This document shows positions 40,555 through 55,730 of a stretch of 64,000 nucleotides of DNA, piece after piece. Origin of the DNA: Eledone cirrhosa (taxonomy: Eukaryota); contig OZ024744.1 of the NCBI GenBank assembly GCA_964016885.1, positions 133,052,001 to 133,116,000 of the forward strand, in the 5' to 3' direction. The position numbers and the translations under genes were made by a program. The notes beneath the pieces were generated by a model, which worked only from the letters and a program-made list of their open reading frames with translations, did not search any database and was not told where the DNA came from. How positions within the stretch are numbered: position 1 is the stretch's first letter; each line of letters starts with the position of its first letter.

Positions 40555-43500
40555 AACCCCAACTTAACTTAACCCCAACTTAACTTAACCCCAACTTAAC
40601 TTAACCCCAACTTAACTTAACCCCAACATAACTTAACCCCAACTTAAATTAACCCCAACTTAACTTAAACTCAACTTAACTAACCAACTTAACTTAACCC
40701 CAACTTAACTTAACCCCAACTTAACTTAACCCCAACTTAACTTAAACCCAACTTAACTTAACCCCAACTTAACTTAACCCCAACTTAACTTAACCCCGAC
40801 TTAACTTAACCCCAACTTAAATTAACCCCAACTTAACTTAACCCCAACTTAACTTAACCCCGACTTAACTTAACCCCAACTTAACTTAACCCCAACTTAA
40901 CTTAGCCCCAACTTAACTTAGCCCCAACTTAACTTAGCCCCAACTTAACTTAACCCCAACTTAACTTAACCGCACCTTAACTTAACCCCAACTTAAATTA
41001 ACCCCAACTTAACTCAACACCAACTTAACTCAACCCCAACTTAACTCAACCCCAATTTAACTCAACCCCAACTTAACTCAACCCCAACTTAACTTAACCC
41101 CAACTTAACTGAACCCTAACTTAACTTAACCCCGACTTAAATTAAGCCCAACTTAACTTAACCCCAACTTAACTCAGCCCCAACTTAACTTAGCCCCAAC
41201 TTAACTTAACCCCAACTTAACTTAACCCCAACTTAACTTAACCCCAACTTAACTTAACCCCAACTTAACTTAACCCCAACTTAACTTAAACCCAACTTAA
41301 CTTAACCCCAACTTAAATTATCCCCAACTTAACTTATCCCCAACTTAACTTAACCCCAACTTGACTTAACCCCAACTTAACTTAACCCCAACTTAATTTA
41401 ACCCCAACTTAACTTAACCCCAACTTAATTCAACCCCAACTTAAATTAACCCCAACTTAACTTAACCCCAACTTAACTTAACCCCGACTTAACTTAACCC
41501 CAACTCAACTTAACCCCAACTTAACTTAACCCTAACTTAACTTAACCACAAATTAACTTAACCCCAACTTAACTTAACCCCAACTTAACTTAAGCCCAAC
41601 TTAACTTAACCCCAACTTAACTTAACCCCAACTTAACTTAAACCTAACTTAACTTAACCCCAACTTAACCCCAACTTAACTTGACCCCAACTTAACTTAA
41701 CCCCAACTTAAATTAACCCCAACTTAACTTAACCCCAACTTAACTTAACCCCGACTTAACTTAACCCCAACTTAACTTAACCCCAACTTACCTTAACCCC
41801 AACTTAACTTAACCAGAAATTAACTTAACCCCAACTTAACTTAACCCCAACTTAACTTAACCCCAACTTAACTTAACCCCAACTTAACTTAACCCCAACT
41901 TAACTTAAACCTAACTTAACTTAACCCCAACTTAACCCCAACTTAGCTTGACCCCAACTTAACTTAACCCCAACTTAACTCAGCCCCAACTTAACTCAGC
42001 CCCAACTTAACTTAGCCCCAACTTAACTTAACACCAACTTAACTTAACCCCAACTTAACTTAACCCCAACTTAACTTAACCCCAACTTAACTTATACCCA
42101 ACTTAACTGAACCCCAACTTAACTTAACCCCAACTTAATATAACCCCAACTTAACTTAACCCCAACTTAACTCAACCCCAACTTAAATTAACCCCAACTT
42201 AACTTAACCCCAACTTAATTAACCCCAACTTAACTTAACCCCAACTTAACTTAACCCCAACTTAACTCATACCCAACTTAACTGAACCCCAACTTAACTT
42301 AACCCCAACTTAATATAACCCCAACTTAACTTAACCCCAACTTAATAGAACCCCAACTTAAATTAACCCCAACTTAACTTAACCCCAACTTAATTAACCC
42401 CAACTTAAATAAACCCCAACTTAAATTAACCCCAACTTAACTTAACCCCAACTTAACTTAACCCCAACTTAACTTAACCCCAACTTAACTTATCCCCAAC
42501 TTAACTTAACCCCAACTTAAATTAAACCCAACTTAACTTAACCCCAACTTAACTTAACCCCAACTTAATTTAACACCAACTTAACTTAACCTCAACTTAA
42601 CTTAACCCCAACTTAACTTAACCCCAACTTAACTTAACCCCAACTTAATTTAACCCGAACTTAACTTAACCTCAACTTAACTTAGCCCCAACTTAACTTA
42701 ACCCCAACTTAAATTAACCCCAACTTAGCTTAACCCCAACTTAACTTAACCCCGACTTAACTTAACCCCAACTTAACTTAACCCCAACTTAACTTAACCC
42801 CAACTTAACTTAACCACAAATTAACTTAACCCCAACTTAACTTAACCCCAACTTAACTTAACCCCAACTTAACTTAACCCCAACTTAACTTAACCCCAAC
42901 TTAACTTAAACCTAACTTAACTTAACCCCAACTTAACCCCAACTTAACTTGACCCCAACTTAACTTAACCCCAACTTAACTCAACCCCAACTTAACTTAA
43001 CCCCAACTTAACTCAGCCCCAACTTAACTCAGCCCCAACTTAACTTAGCCCCAACTTAACTTAACACCAACTTAACTTAACCCCAACTTAACTTAACCCC
43101 AACTTAACTTAACCCCAACTTAACTTATCCCCAACTTAACTGAACCCCAACTTAACTCAACCCCAACTTAAATTAACCCCAACTTAACTTAACCCCAACT
43201 TAACTTAACCCCAACTTAATTAACCCCAACTTAAATTAACCCCAACTTAACTTAACACCAACTTAACGTAACCCCAACTTAATTTAACCCCAACTTAAAT
43301 TAACCCCAACTTACTTGCCCCCAACTTAACTTACCCCCAACTTAACTTAACCCCAACTTAATTTAACCCCAACTTAATTTAACCCCAACTTAACTTAAAC
43401 CCAACTTAACTTAACCCCAACTTAACTTAACCCCAAATTAACTCAACCCCAACTTAACTCAACCCCAACTTAACTTAACCCCAACTTAACTTAACCCCAA

Positions 43501-46500
43501 CTTAACTTAACCACAAATTAACTTAGCCCCAACTTAAATTAACCCCAACTTAACTCAACCACAACTTAACTTAACCCCGACTTAACTTAACCCCAACTTA
43601 ACTTAACCCCAACTTAACTTAACCCCAACTTAAATTAACCCCAACTTAACTTAAACTCAACTTAACTAACCACCTTAACTTAACCTCAACTTAACTTAAC
43701 TGCAACTTAACTTAACCCCAACTTAACTTAACCCCAACTTAACTAAACACCAACTTAACTCAACCCCAACTTAACTCAACGCCAATTTAACTCAACCCCA
43801 ACTTAACTCAACCCCAACTTAACTTAACCCCGACTTAAATTAACCCCGACTTAACTTAACCCCAACTTAACTTAACCCTAACTTAACTTAACCCCAACTT
43901 AACTTAACCCCAACTTAACTTAACCCCAACTTAAATTAACCCCAACTTAACTTAAACTCAACTTAACTAACCAACTTAACTTAACCCCAACTTAACTTGA
44001 CCCCAACTTAACTTAACCCCAACTTAACTTAAACCCAACTTAACTTAACCCCAACTTAACTTAACCCCAACTTAACTTAAGCCCAACTTAACCCCAAATT
44101 AAATTAACCTCAACTTAACTTAACCCCAACTTAACTTAGCCCCAACTTAACTTAGCCCCAACTTAACTTAGCCCCAACTTAACTTAACCCCAACTTAACT
44201 TAACCGCACCTTAACTTAACCTCAACTTAACTTAACTGCAACTTAACTTAACCCCAACTTAACTTAACCCCAACTTAACTCAAAACCAACTTAACTCAAC
44301 CCCAACTTAACTCAACCCCAATTTAACTCAACCCCAACTTAACTCAACCCCAACTTAAATTAACCCCAACTTAACTTAACCCCAACTTAACTTAACCCCA
44401 ACTTAATTAACCCCAACTTAAATTAACCCCAACTTAACTTAACACCAACTTAACGTAACCCCAACTTAATTTAACCCCAACTTAAATTAACCCCAACTTA
44501 ACTTGCCCCCAACTTAACTTACCCCCAACTTAACTTAACCCCACCTTAATTTAACCCCAACTTAATTTAACCCCAACTTAACTTAAACCCAACTTAACTT
44601 AACCCCAACTTAACTTAACCCCAAATTAACTCAACCCCAACTTAACTCAACCCCAACTTAACTTAACCCCAACTTAACTTAACCCCAACTTAACTTAACC
44701 ACAAATTAACTTAGCCCCAACTTAAATTAACCCCAACTTAACTCAACCACAACTTAACTTAACCCCGACTTAACTTAACCCCACCTTAACTTAACCTCAA
44801 CTTAACTTAACTGCAACTTAACTTAACCCCAACTTAACTTAACCCCAACTTAATTCAACACCAACTTAACTCAACCGCAACTTAACTCAACGCCAATTTA
44901 ACTCAACCCCAACTTAACTCAACCCCAACTTAACTTAACCCCAACTTAACTGAACCCTAACTTAACTTAACCCCGACTTAAATTAACCCCGACTTAACTT
45001 AACCCCAACTTAACTTAACCCCAACTTAACTTAACCCCAACTTAACTTAACCCCAACTTAACTTAACCCCAACTTAAATTAACCCCAACTTAACTTAAAC
45101 TCAACTTAACTAACCAACTTAACTTAACCCCAACTTAACTTGACCCCAACTTAACTTAACCCCAACTTAACTTAAACCCAACTTAACTTAACCCCAACTT
45201 AACTTAGCCCCAACTTAACTTAACCCCAACTTAACTTAACCCCAAATTAAATTAACCTCAACTTAACTTAACCCCAACTTAACTTAACCCCGACTTAACT
45301 TAACCCCAACTTAACTTAGCCCCAACTTAACTTAGCCCCAACTTAACTTAGCCCCAACTTAACTTAACCCCAACTTAACTTAACCGCACCTTAACTTAAC
45401 CTCAACTTAACTTAACTGCAACTTAACTTAACCCCAACTTAACTTAACCCCAACTTAACTGAAAACCAACTTAACTCAACCCCAACTTAACTCAACCCCA
45501 ATTTAACTCAACCCCAACTTAACTCAACCCCAACTTAACTTAACCCCAACTTAACTGAACCCTAACTTAACTTAACCCCGACTTAACTTAACCCCGACTT
45601 AACTTAACCCCAACTTAACTTAACCCCAACTTAACTTAACCCCAACTTAACTTAACCCCAACTTAATTTAACCCCATCTTAACCCCAACTTATCTTAACC
45701 CCAACTTAACTGAACCCCAACTTAATTTAACCCCAACTTAAATAAACCCCAACTTAACTTAACCCCAACTTAACTTAACCCCAGCTTAACTTAACCCCAA
45801 CTTAACTCAGCCCCAACTTAACTTAGCTCCAACTTAACTTAACTCCAACTTAACTTAACCCCAACTTAACTTAACCCCAACTTAACTTAACCCCAACTTA
45901 ACTTAACCCCAACTTAACTTAAACCCAACTTAACTTAACCCCAACTTAAATTATCCCCAACTTAACTTATCCTCAACTTAACTTAACCCCAACTTAACTT
46001 AACCCCAACTTAACTTAACCCCAACTTAATTTAACCCCAACTTAACTTAACCTCAACTTAACTTAACCCCAACTTAACTTAACCCCATCTTAACTTAACC
46101 CCAACTTAACTTAACCCCAACTTAACTTAACCCCAACTTAAATTAACCCCAACTTAACTTAACCCCAACTTAACTTAACCCCGACTTAACTTAACCCCAA
46201 CTTAACTTAACCCCAACTTAAATTAACCCCAACTTAACTTAACCACAAATTAACTTAACCCCAACTTAACTTAACCCCAACTTAACTTAACCCCAACTTA
46301 ACTTAACCCCAACTTAACTTAAACCCAACTTAACTTAACCCCAACTTAACTTAACCCCAAATTAACTCAACCCCAACTTAACTCAACCCCAACTTAACTT
46401 AACCCCAACTTAACTTAACCCCAACTTAACTTAACCACAAATTAACTTAGCCCCAACTTAAATTAACCCCAACTTAAATCAACCACAACTTAACTTAACC

Positions 46501-46866
46501 CCGACTAAACTTAACCCCAACTTAACTTAACCCCAACTTCACTCAACCCCAACTTAACTCAACCCCAACTTAACCCCAACTTAACTTAACCCCAACTTAA
46601 CTTAACCACAAAGTTAACTTAACCCCAATTTAAATTAACCCCAACTTAACTTAACCCCAACTTAACATAACCACCACTTAATTAACCCCAACTTAACTCA
46701 ACCCCAACTTAACTTAACCCTAACTTAACTTAACCCCAACTTAACCGCAACTTAACTTAACCCCACCTTAACTTACCCCCAACTTAACTTACCCCCAACT
46801 TAACTGAACCCCAACTTAAGTTAAGCCTAACTTAACTTAACGCCAACTTAACTTAACCCCGACTTA

Positions 46867-47039
46867 GGGCTTAAGTTAAGTTGGGGCTAAGTTAAGTTGG
46901 GGTTAAGTCAAGTTGGAAGTTGGGGTTGAGTGAAGTTGGGGTTAAGTTAAGTTGGGGTTGAGTGAAGTTGGGGTTAAGTTAAGTTGGGGTTGAGTTACGT
47001 TGGGGTTGAGTGAAGTTGGGGTTAAGTTAAGTTGGGGTT
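46867..47039 (-). repeat. Inverted satellite island, copy 6 (173 bp)
   Basis: Same junctions and variants; offset 6485 from copy 5. Confidence 0.97.
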
Positions 47040-50000
47040 AACCCCAACTTAACTTAACCCCAACTTAACTTAACCCCAACTTAACTTAACCCCAACTTAA
47101 CTTAACCCCAACATAACTTAACCCCAACTTAAATTAACCCCAACTTAACTTAAACTCAACTTAACTAACCAACTTAACTTAACCCCAACTTAACTTAACC
47201 CCAACTTAACTTAACCCCAACTTAACTTAAACCCAACTTAACTTAACCCCAACTTAACTTAACCCCAACTTAACTTAACCCCGACTTAACTTAACCCCAA
47301 CTTAAATTAACCCCAACTTAACTTAACCCCAACTTAACTTAACCCCGACTTAACTTAACCCCAACTTAACTTAACCCCAACTTAACTTAGCCCCAACTTA
47401 ACTTAGCCCCAACTTAACTTAGCCCCAACTTAACTTAACCCCAACTTAACTTAACCGCACCTTAACTTAACCCCAACTTAAATTAACCCCAACTTAACTC
47501 AACACCAACTTAACTCAACCCCAACTTAACTCAACCCCAATTTAACTCAACCCCAACTTAACTCAACCCCAACTTAACTTAACCCCAACTTAACTGAACC
47601 CTAACTTAACTTAACCCCGACTTAAATTAAGCCCAACTTAACTTAACCCCAACTTAACTCAGCCCCAACTTAACTTAGCCCCAACTTAACTTAACCCCAA
47701 CTTAACTTAACCCCAACTTAACTTAACCCCAACTTAACTTAACCCCAACTTAACTTAACCCCAACTTAACTTAAACCCAACTTAACTTAACCCCAACTTA
47801 AATTATCCCCAACTTAACTTATCCCCAACTTAACTTAACCCCAACTTGACTTAACCCCAACTTAACTTAACCCCAACTTAATTTAACCCCAACTTAACTT
47901 AACCCCAACTTAATTCAACCCCAACTTAAATTAACCCCAACTTAACTTAACCCCAACTTAACTTAACCCCGACTTAACTTAACCCCAACTCAACTTAACC
48001 CCAACTTAACTTAACCCTAACTTAACTTAACCACAAATTAACTTAACCCCAACTTAACTTAACCCCAACTTAACTTAAGCCCAACTTAACTTAACCCCAA
48101 CTTAACTTAACCCCAACTTAACTTAAACCTAACTTAACTTAACCCCAACTTAACCCCAACTTAACTTGACCCCAACTTAACTTAACCCCAACTTAAATTA
48201 ACCCCAACTTAACTTAACCCCAACTTAACTTAACCCCGACTTAACTTAACCCCAACTTAACTTAACCCCAACTTACCTTAACCCCAACTTAACTTAACCA
48301 GAAATTAACTTAACCCCAACTTAACTTAACCCCAACTTAACTTAACCCCAACTTAACTTAACCCCAACTTAACTTAACCCCAACTTAACTTAAACCTAAC
48401 TTAACTTAACCCCAACTTAACCCCAACTTAGCTTGACCCCAACTTAACTTAACCCCAACTTAACTCAGCCCCAACTTAACTCAGCCCCAACTTAACTTAG
48501 CCCCAACTTAACTTAACACCAACTTAACTTAACCCCAACTTAACTTAACCCCAACTTAACTTAACCCCAACTTAACTTATACCCAACTTAACTGAACCCC
48601 AACTTAACTTAACCCCAACTTAATATAACCCCAACTTAACTTAACCCCAACTTAACTCAACCCCAACTTAAATTAACCCCAACTTAACTTAACCCCAACT
48701 TAATTAACCCCAACTTAACTTAACCCCAACTTAACTTAACCCCAACTTAACTCATACCCAACTTAACTGAACCCCAACTTAACTTAACCCCAACTTAATA
48801 TAACCCCAACTTAACTTAACCCCAACTTAACTCAACCCCAACTTAAATTAACCCCAACTTAACTTAACCCCAACTTAATTAACCCCAACTTAAATAAACC
48901 CCAACTTAAATTAACCCCAACTTAACTTAACCCCAACTTAACTTAACCCCAACTTAACTTAACCCCAACTTAACTTATCCCCAACTTAACTTAACCCCAA
49001 CTTAAATTAAACCCAACTTAACTTAACCCCAACTTAACTTAACCCCAACTTAATTTAACACCAACTTAACTTAACCTCAACTTAACTTAACCCCAACTTA
49101 ACTTAACCCCAACTTAACTTAACCCCAACTTAATTTAACCCGAACTTAACTTAACCTCAACTTAACTTAGCCCCAACTTAACTTAACCCCAACTTAAATT
49201 AACCCCAACTTAGCTTAACCCCAACTTAACTTAACCCCGACTTAACTTAACCCCAACTTAACTTAACCCCAACTTAACTTAACCCCAACTTAACTTAACC
49301 ACAAATTAACTTAACCCCAACTTAACTTAACCCCAACTTAACTTAACCCCAACTTAACTTAACCCCAACTTAACTTAACCCCAACTTAACTTAAACCTAA
49401 CTTAACTTAACCCCAACTTAACCCCAACTTAACTTGACCCCAACTTAACTTAACCCCAACTTAACTCAACCCCAACTTAACTTAACCCCAACTTAACTCA
49501 GCCCCAACTTAACTCAGCCCCAACTTAACTTAGCCCCAACTTAACTTAACACCAACTTAACTTAACCCCAACTTAACTTAACCCCAACTTAACTTAACCC
49601 CAACTTAACTTATCCCCAACTTAACTGAACCCCAACTTAACTCAACCCCAACTTAAATTAACCCCAACTTAACTTAACCCCAACTTAACTTAACCCCAAC
49701 TTAATTAACCCCAACTTAAATTAACCCCAACTTAACTTAACACCAACTTAACGTAACCCCAACTTAATTTAACCCCAACTTAAATTAACCCCAACTTACT
49801 TGCCCCCAACTTAACTTACCCCCAACTTAACTTAACCCCAACTTAATTTAACCCCAACTTAATTTAACCCCAACTTAACTTAAACCCAACTTAACTTAAC
49901 CCCAACTTAACTTAACCCCAAATTAACTCAACCCCAACTTAACTCAACCCCAACTTAACTTAACCCCAACTTAACTTAACCCCAACTTAACTTAACCACA

Positions 50001-53000
50001 AATTAACTTAGCCCCAACTTAAATTAACCCCAACTTAACTCAACCACAACTTAACTTAACCCCGACTTAACTTAACCCCAACTTAACTTAACCCCAACTT
50101 AACTTAACCCCAACTTAAATTAACCCCAACTTAACTTAAACTCAACTTAACTAACCACCTTAACTTAACCTCAACTTAACTTAACTGCAACTTAACTTAA
50201 CCCCAACTTAACTTAACCCCAACTTAACTAAACACCAACTTAACTCAACCCCAACTTAACTCAACGCCAATTTAACTCAACCCCAACTTAACTCAACCCC
50301 AACTTAACTTAACCCCGACTTAAATTAACCCCGACTTAACTTAACCCCAACTTAACTTAACCCTAACTTAACTTAACCCCAACTTAACTTAACCCCAACT
50401 TAACTTAACCCCAACTTAAATTAACCCCAACTTAACTTAAACTCAACTTAACTAACCAACTTAACTTAACCCCAACTTAACTTGACCCCAACTTAACTTA
50501 ACCCCAACTTAACTTAAACCCAACTTAACTTAACCCCAACTTAACTTAACCCCAACTTAACTTAAGCCCAACTTAACCCCAAATTAAATTAACCTCAACT
50601 TAACTTAACCCCAACTTAACTTAGCCCCAACTTAACTTAGCCCCAACTTAACTTAGCCCCAACTTAACTTAACCCCAACTTAACTTAACCGCACCTTAAC
50701 TTAACCTCAACTTAACTTAACTGCAACTTAACTTAACCCCAACTTAACTTAACCCCAACTTAACTCAAAACCAACTTAACTCAACCCCAACTTAACTCAA
50801 CCCCAATTTAACTCAACCCCAACTTAACTCAACCCCAACTTAAATTAACCCCAACTTAACTTAACCCCAACTTAACTTAACCCCAACTTAATTAACCCCA
50901 ACTTAAATTAACCCCAACTTAACTTAACACCAACTTAACGTAACCCCAACTTAATTTAACCCCAACTTAAATTAACCCCAACTTAACTTGCCCCCAACTT
51001 AACTTACCCCCAACTTAACTTAACCCCACCTTAATTTAACCCCAACTTAATTTAACCCCAACTTAACTTAAACCCAACTTAACTTAACCCCAACTTAACT
51101 TAACCCCAAATTAACTCAACCCCAACTTAACTCAACCCCAACTTAACTTAACCCCAACTTAACTTAACCCCAACTTAACTTAACCACAAATTAACTTAGC
51201 CCCAACTTAAATTAACCCCAACTTAACTCAACCACAACTTAACTTAACCCCGACTTAACTTAACCCCACCTTAACTTAACCTCAACTTAACTTAACTGCA
51301 ACTTAACTTAACCCCAACTTAACTTAACCCCAACTTAATTCAACACCAACTTAACTCAACCGCAACTTAACTCAACGCCAATTTAACTCAACCCCAACTT
51401 AACTCAACCCCAACTTAACTTAACCCCAACTTAACTGAACCCTAACTTAACTTAACCCCGACTTAAATTAACCCCGACTTAACTTAACCCCAACTTAACT
51501 TAACCCCAACTTAACTTAACCCCAACTTAACTTAACCCCAACTTAACTTAACCCCAACTTAAATTAACCCCAACTTAACTTAAACTCAACTTAACTAACC
51601 AACTTAACTTAACCCCAACTTAACTTGACCCCAACTTAACTTAACCCCAACTTAACTTAAACCCAACTTAACTTAACCCCAACTTAACTTAGCCCCAACT
51701 TAACTTAACCCCAACTTAACTTAACCCCAAATTAAATTAACCTCAACTTAACTTAACCCCAACTTAACTTAACCCCGACTTAACTTAACCCCAACTTAAC
51801 TTAGCCCCAACTTAACTTAGCCCCAACTTAACTTAGCCCCAACTTAACTTAACCCCAACTTAACTTAACCGCACCTTAACTTAACCTCAACTTAACTTAA
51901 CTGCAACTTAACTTAACCCCAACTTAACTTAACCCCAACTTAACTGAAAACCAACTTAACTCAACCCCAACTTAACTCAACCCCAATTTAACTCAACCCC
52001 AACTTAACTCAACCCCAACTTAACTTAACCCCAACTTAACTGAACCCTAACTTAACTTAACCCCGACTTAACTTAACCCCGACTTAACTTAACCCCAACT
52101 TAACTTAACCCCAACTTAACTTAACCCCAACTTAACTTAACCCCAACTTAATTTAACCCCATCTTAACCCCAACTTATCTTAACCCCAACTTAACTGAAC
52201 CCCAACTTAATTTAACCCCAACTTAAATAAACCCCAACTTAACTTAACCCCAACTTAACTTAACCCCAGCTTAACTTAACCCCAACTTAACTCAGCCCCA
52301 ACTTAACTTAGCTCCAACTTAACTTAACTCCAACTTAACTTAACCCCAACTTAACTTAACCCCAACTTAACTTAACCCCAACTTAACTTAACCCCAACTT
52401 AACTTAAACCCAACTTAACTTAACCCCAACTTAAATTATCCCCAACTTAACTTATCCTCAACTTAACTTAACCCCAACTTAACTTAACCCCAACTTAACT
52501 TAACCCCAACTTAATTTAACCCCAACTTAACTTAACCTCAACTTAACTTAACCCCAACTTAACTTAACCCCATCTTAACTTAACCCCAACTTAACTTAAC
52601 CCCAACTTAACTTAACCCCAACTTAAATTAACCCCAACTTAACTTAACCCCAACTTAACTTAACCCCGACTTAACTTAACCCCAACTTAACTTAACCCCA
52701 ACTTAAATTAACCCCAACTTAACTTAACCACAAATTAACTTAACCCCAACTTAACTTAACCCCAACTTAACTTAACCCCAACTTAACTTAACCCCAACTT
52801 AACTTAACCCCAACTTAACTTAACCCTAACTTAACTTAACCCCAACTTAACCCCGACTTAACTTGACCCCAACTTAACTTAACCCCAACTTAACTCAGCC
52901 CCAACTTAACTCAGCCCCAACTTAACTTAGCCACAACTTAACTTAACACCAACTTAACTTAACCCCAACTTAACTTAACCCCAACTTAACTCAATCCCAA

Positions 53001-55557
53001 CTTAAATTAACCCCATCTTAACTTAACCCCAACTTAACTTAACCCCAACTTAATTAACCCCAACTTAAATTAACCCCAACTTAACTTAACACCAACTTAA
53101 CGTAACCCCAACTTAAATAAACCCCAACTTAAATTAACCCCAACTTAACTTAACCCCAACTTAACTTAACCCCAACTTAACTCAGCCCCAACTTAACTTA
53201 GCCTCAACTTAACTTAACCCCAACTTAACTTAACCCCAACTTAACTTATCCCCAACTTAACTTAACCCCAACTTAACTTAAACCCAACTTAACTTAACCC
53301 CAACTTAAATTATCCCCAACTTAACTTATCCCCAACTTAACTTAACCCCAACTTAACTTAACCCCAACTTAACTTAACCCCAACTTAATTTAACCCCAAC
53401 TTAACTTAACCCCAACTTAACTTAACCACAAATTAACTTAACCCCAACTTAACTTAACCCCAACTTAACTTAACCCCAACTTAACTTAACCCCAACTTAA
53501 CTTAACCCCAACTTAACTTAAACCTAACTTAACTGAACCCCAACTTAACCCCAACTTAACTTGACCCCAACTTAACTTAACCCCAACTTAACTCAACCCC
53601 AACTTAACTTAACCCCAACTTAACTCAGCCCCAACTTAACTCAGCCCCAACTTAACTTAGCCCCAACTTAACTTAACCCCAACTTAACCTATCCCCAACT
53701 TAACTGAACCCCAACTTAACTTAACCCCAACTTAATATAACCCCAACTTAACTTAACCCCAACTTAACTCAACCCCAACTTAAATTAACCCCAACTTAAC
53801 TTAACCCCAACTTAACTTAACCCCAACTTAATTAACCCCAACTTAAATTAACCCCAACTTAACTTAACACCAACTTAACGTAACCCCAACTTAATTTAAC
53901 CCCAACTTAAATTAACCCCAACTTAACTTGCCCCCAACTTAACTTACCCCCAACTTAACTTAACCCCAACTTAATTTAACCCCAACTTAATTTAAGCCCA
54001 AATTAACTTAAACCCAACTTAAATTAACCCCAACTTAACTTAACCCCAAATTAACTCAACCCCAACTTAACTCAACCCCAACTTAACTTAACCCCAAATT
54101 AACTTAACCACAAATTAACTTAGCCCCAACTTAAATTAACCCCAACTTAACTCAACCACAACTTAACTTAACCCCGACTTAACTTAACCCCACCTTAACT
54201 TAACCTCAACTTAACTTAACTGCAACTTAACTTAACCCCAACTTAACTTAACCCCAACTTAACTCAACACCAACTTAACTCAACCCCAACTTAACTCAAC
54301 CCCAATTTAACTCAACCCCAACTTAACTCAACCCCAACTTAAATTAACCCCAACTTAACTTAACCCCAACTTAACTTAACCCCGACTTAACTTAACCCCA
54401 ACTTAACTTAACCCCAACTTAACTTAACCCCAACTTAACTTAACCACAAATTAACTTAACCCCAACTTAACTTAACCCCAACTTAACTTAACCCCAACGT
54501 AACCCCAACTTAACTTGACCCCAACTTAACTTAACCCCAACTTAACTCAACCCCAACTTAACTTAACCCCAACTTAACTCAGCCCCAACTTAACTCAGCC
54601 CCAACTTAACTTAGCCCCAACTTAACTCAACACCAACTTAACTTAACCCCACCTTAACTTAACCCCAACTTAACTTAACCCCAACTTAACTTATCCCCAA
54701 CTTAACTGAACCCCAACTTAACTTAACCCCAACTTAATATAACCCCAAATTAACTTAACCCCAACTTAACTCAACCCCAACTTAAATTAACCCCAACTTA
54801 ACTTAACCCCAACTTAACTTAACCCCAACTTAATTAACCCCAACTTAAATTTACCCCAACTTAACTTAACACCAACTTAACGTAACCCCAACTTAATTTA
54901 ACCCCAACTTAAATTAACCCCAACTTAACTTGCCCCCAAATTAACTTACCCCCAACTTAACTTAACCCCAACTTAATTTAACCCCAACTTAATTTAACCC
55001 CAACTTAACTTAAACCCAACTTAACTTAACCCCAACTTAACTTAACCCCAAATTAACTCAACCCCAACTTAACTCAACCCCAACTTAACTTAACCCCAAC
55101 TTAACTTAACCCCAACTTAACTTAACCACAAATTAACTTAGCCCCAACTTAAATTAACCCCAACTTAAATCAACCACAACTTAAATTAACCCCGACTAAA
55201 CTTAACCCCAACTTAACTTAACCCCAACTTCACTCAACCCCAACTTAACTCAACCCCAACTTAACCCCAACTTAACTTAACCCCAACTTAACTTAACCAC
55301 AAAGTTAACTTAACCCCAATTTAAATTAACCCCAACTTAACTTAACCCCAACTTAACATAACCACCACTTAATTAACCCCAACTTAACTCAACCCCAACT
55401 TAACTTAACCCTAACTTAACTTAACCCCAACTTAACCGCAACTTAACTTAACCCCACCTTAACTTACCCCCAACTTAACTTACCCCCAACTTAACTGAAC
55501 CCCAACTTAAGTTAAGCCTAACTTAACTTAACGCCAACTTAACTTAACCCCGACTTA

Positions 55558-55730
55558 GGGCTTAAGTTAAGTTGGGGCTAAGTTAAGTTGGGGTTAAGTC
55601 AAGTTGGAAGTTGGGGTTGAGTGAAGTTGGGGTTAAGTTAAGTTGGGGTTGAGTGAAGTTGGGGTTAAGTTAAGTTGGGGTTGAGTTACGTTGGGGTTGA
55701 GTGAAGTTGGGGTTAAGTTAAGTTGGGGTT
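55558..55730 (-). repeat. Inverted satellite island, copy 7 (173 bp)
   Basis: Same junctions and variants as copy 1. Confidence 0.97.

Larger units (their letters stand above)
39820..52805 (+). repeat. Near-identical tandem duplication, 6485-bp unit x2
   Basis: Constant offset 6485 at the start (aaaccc 39836/46321), at the islands (40382/46867) and at the late marker ttagctcc (45826/52311). Confidence 0.9.

Noticed and set aside
6861-55730. Islands as sequencing fold-back chimeras
   Set aside because: Seven copies have identical junctions and private variants that are not mirror images of the flanking sequence, which random chimeras would not reproduce.
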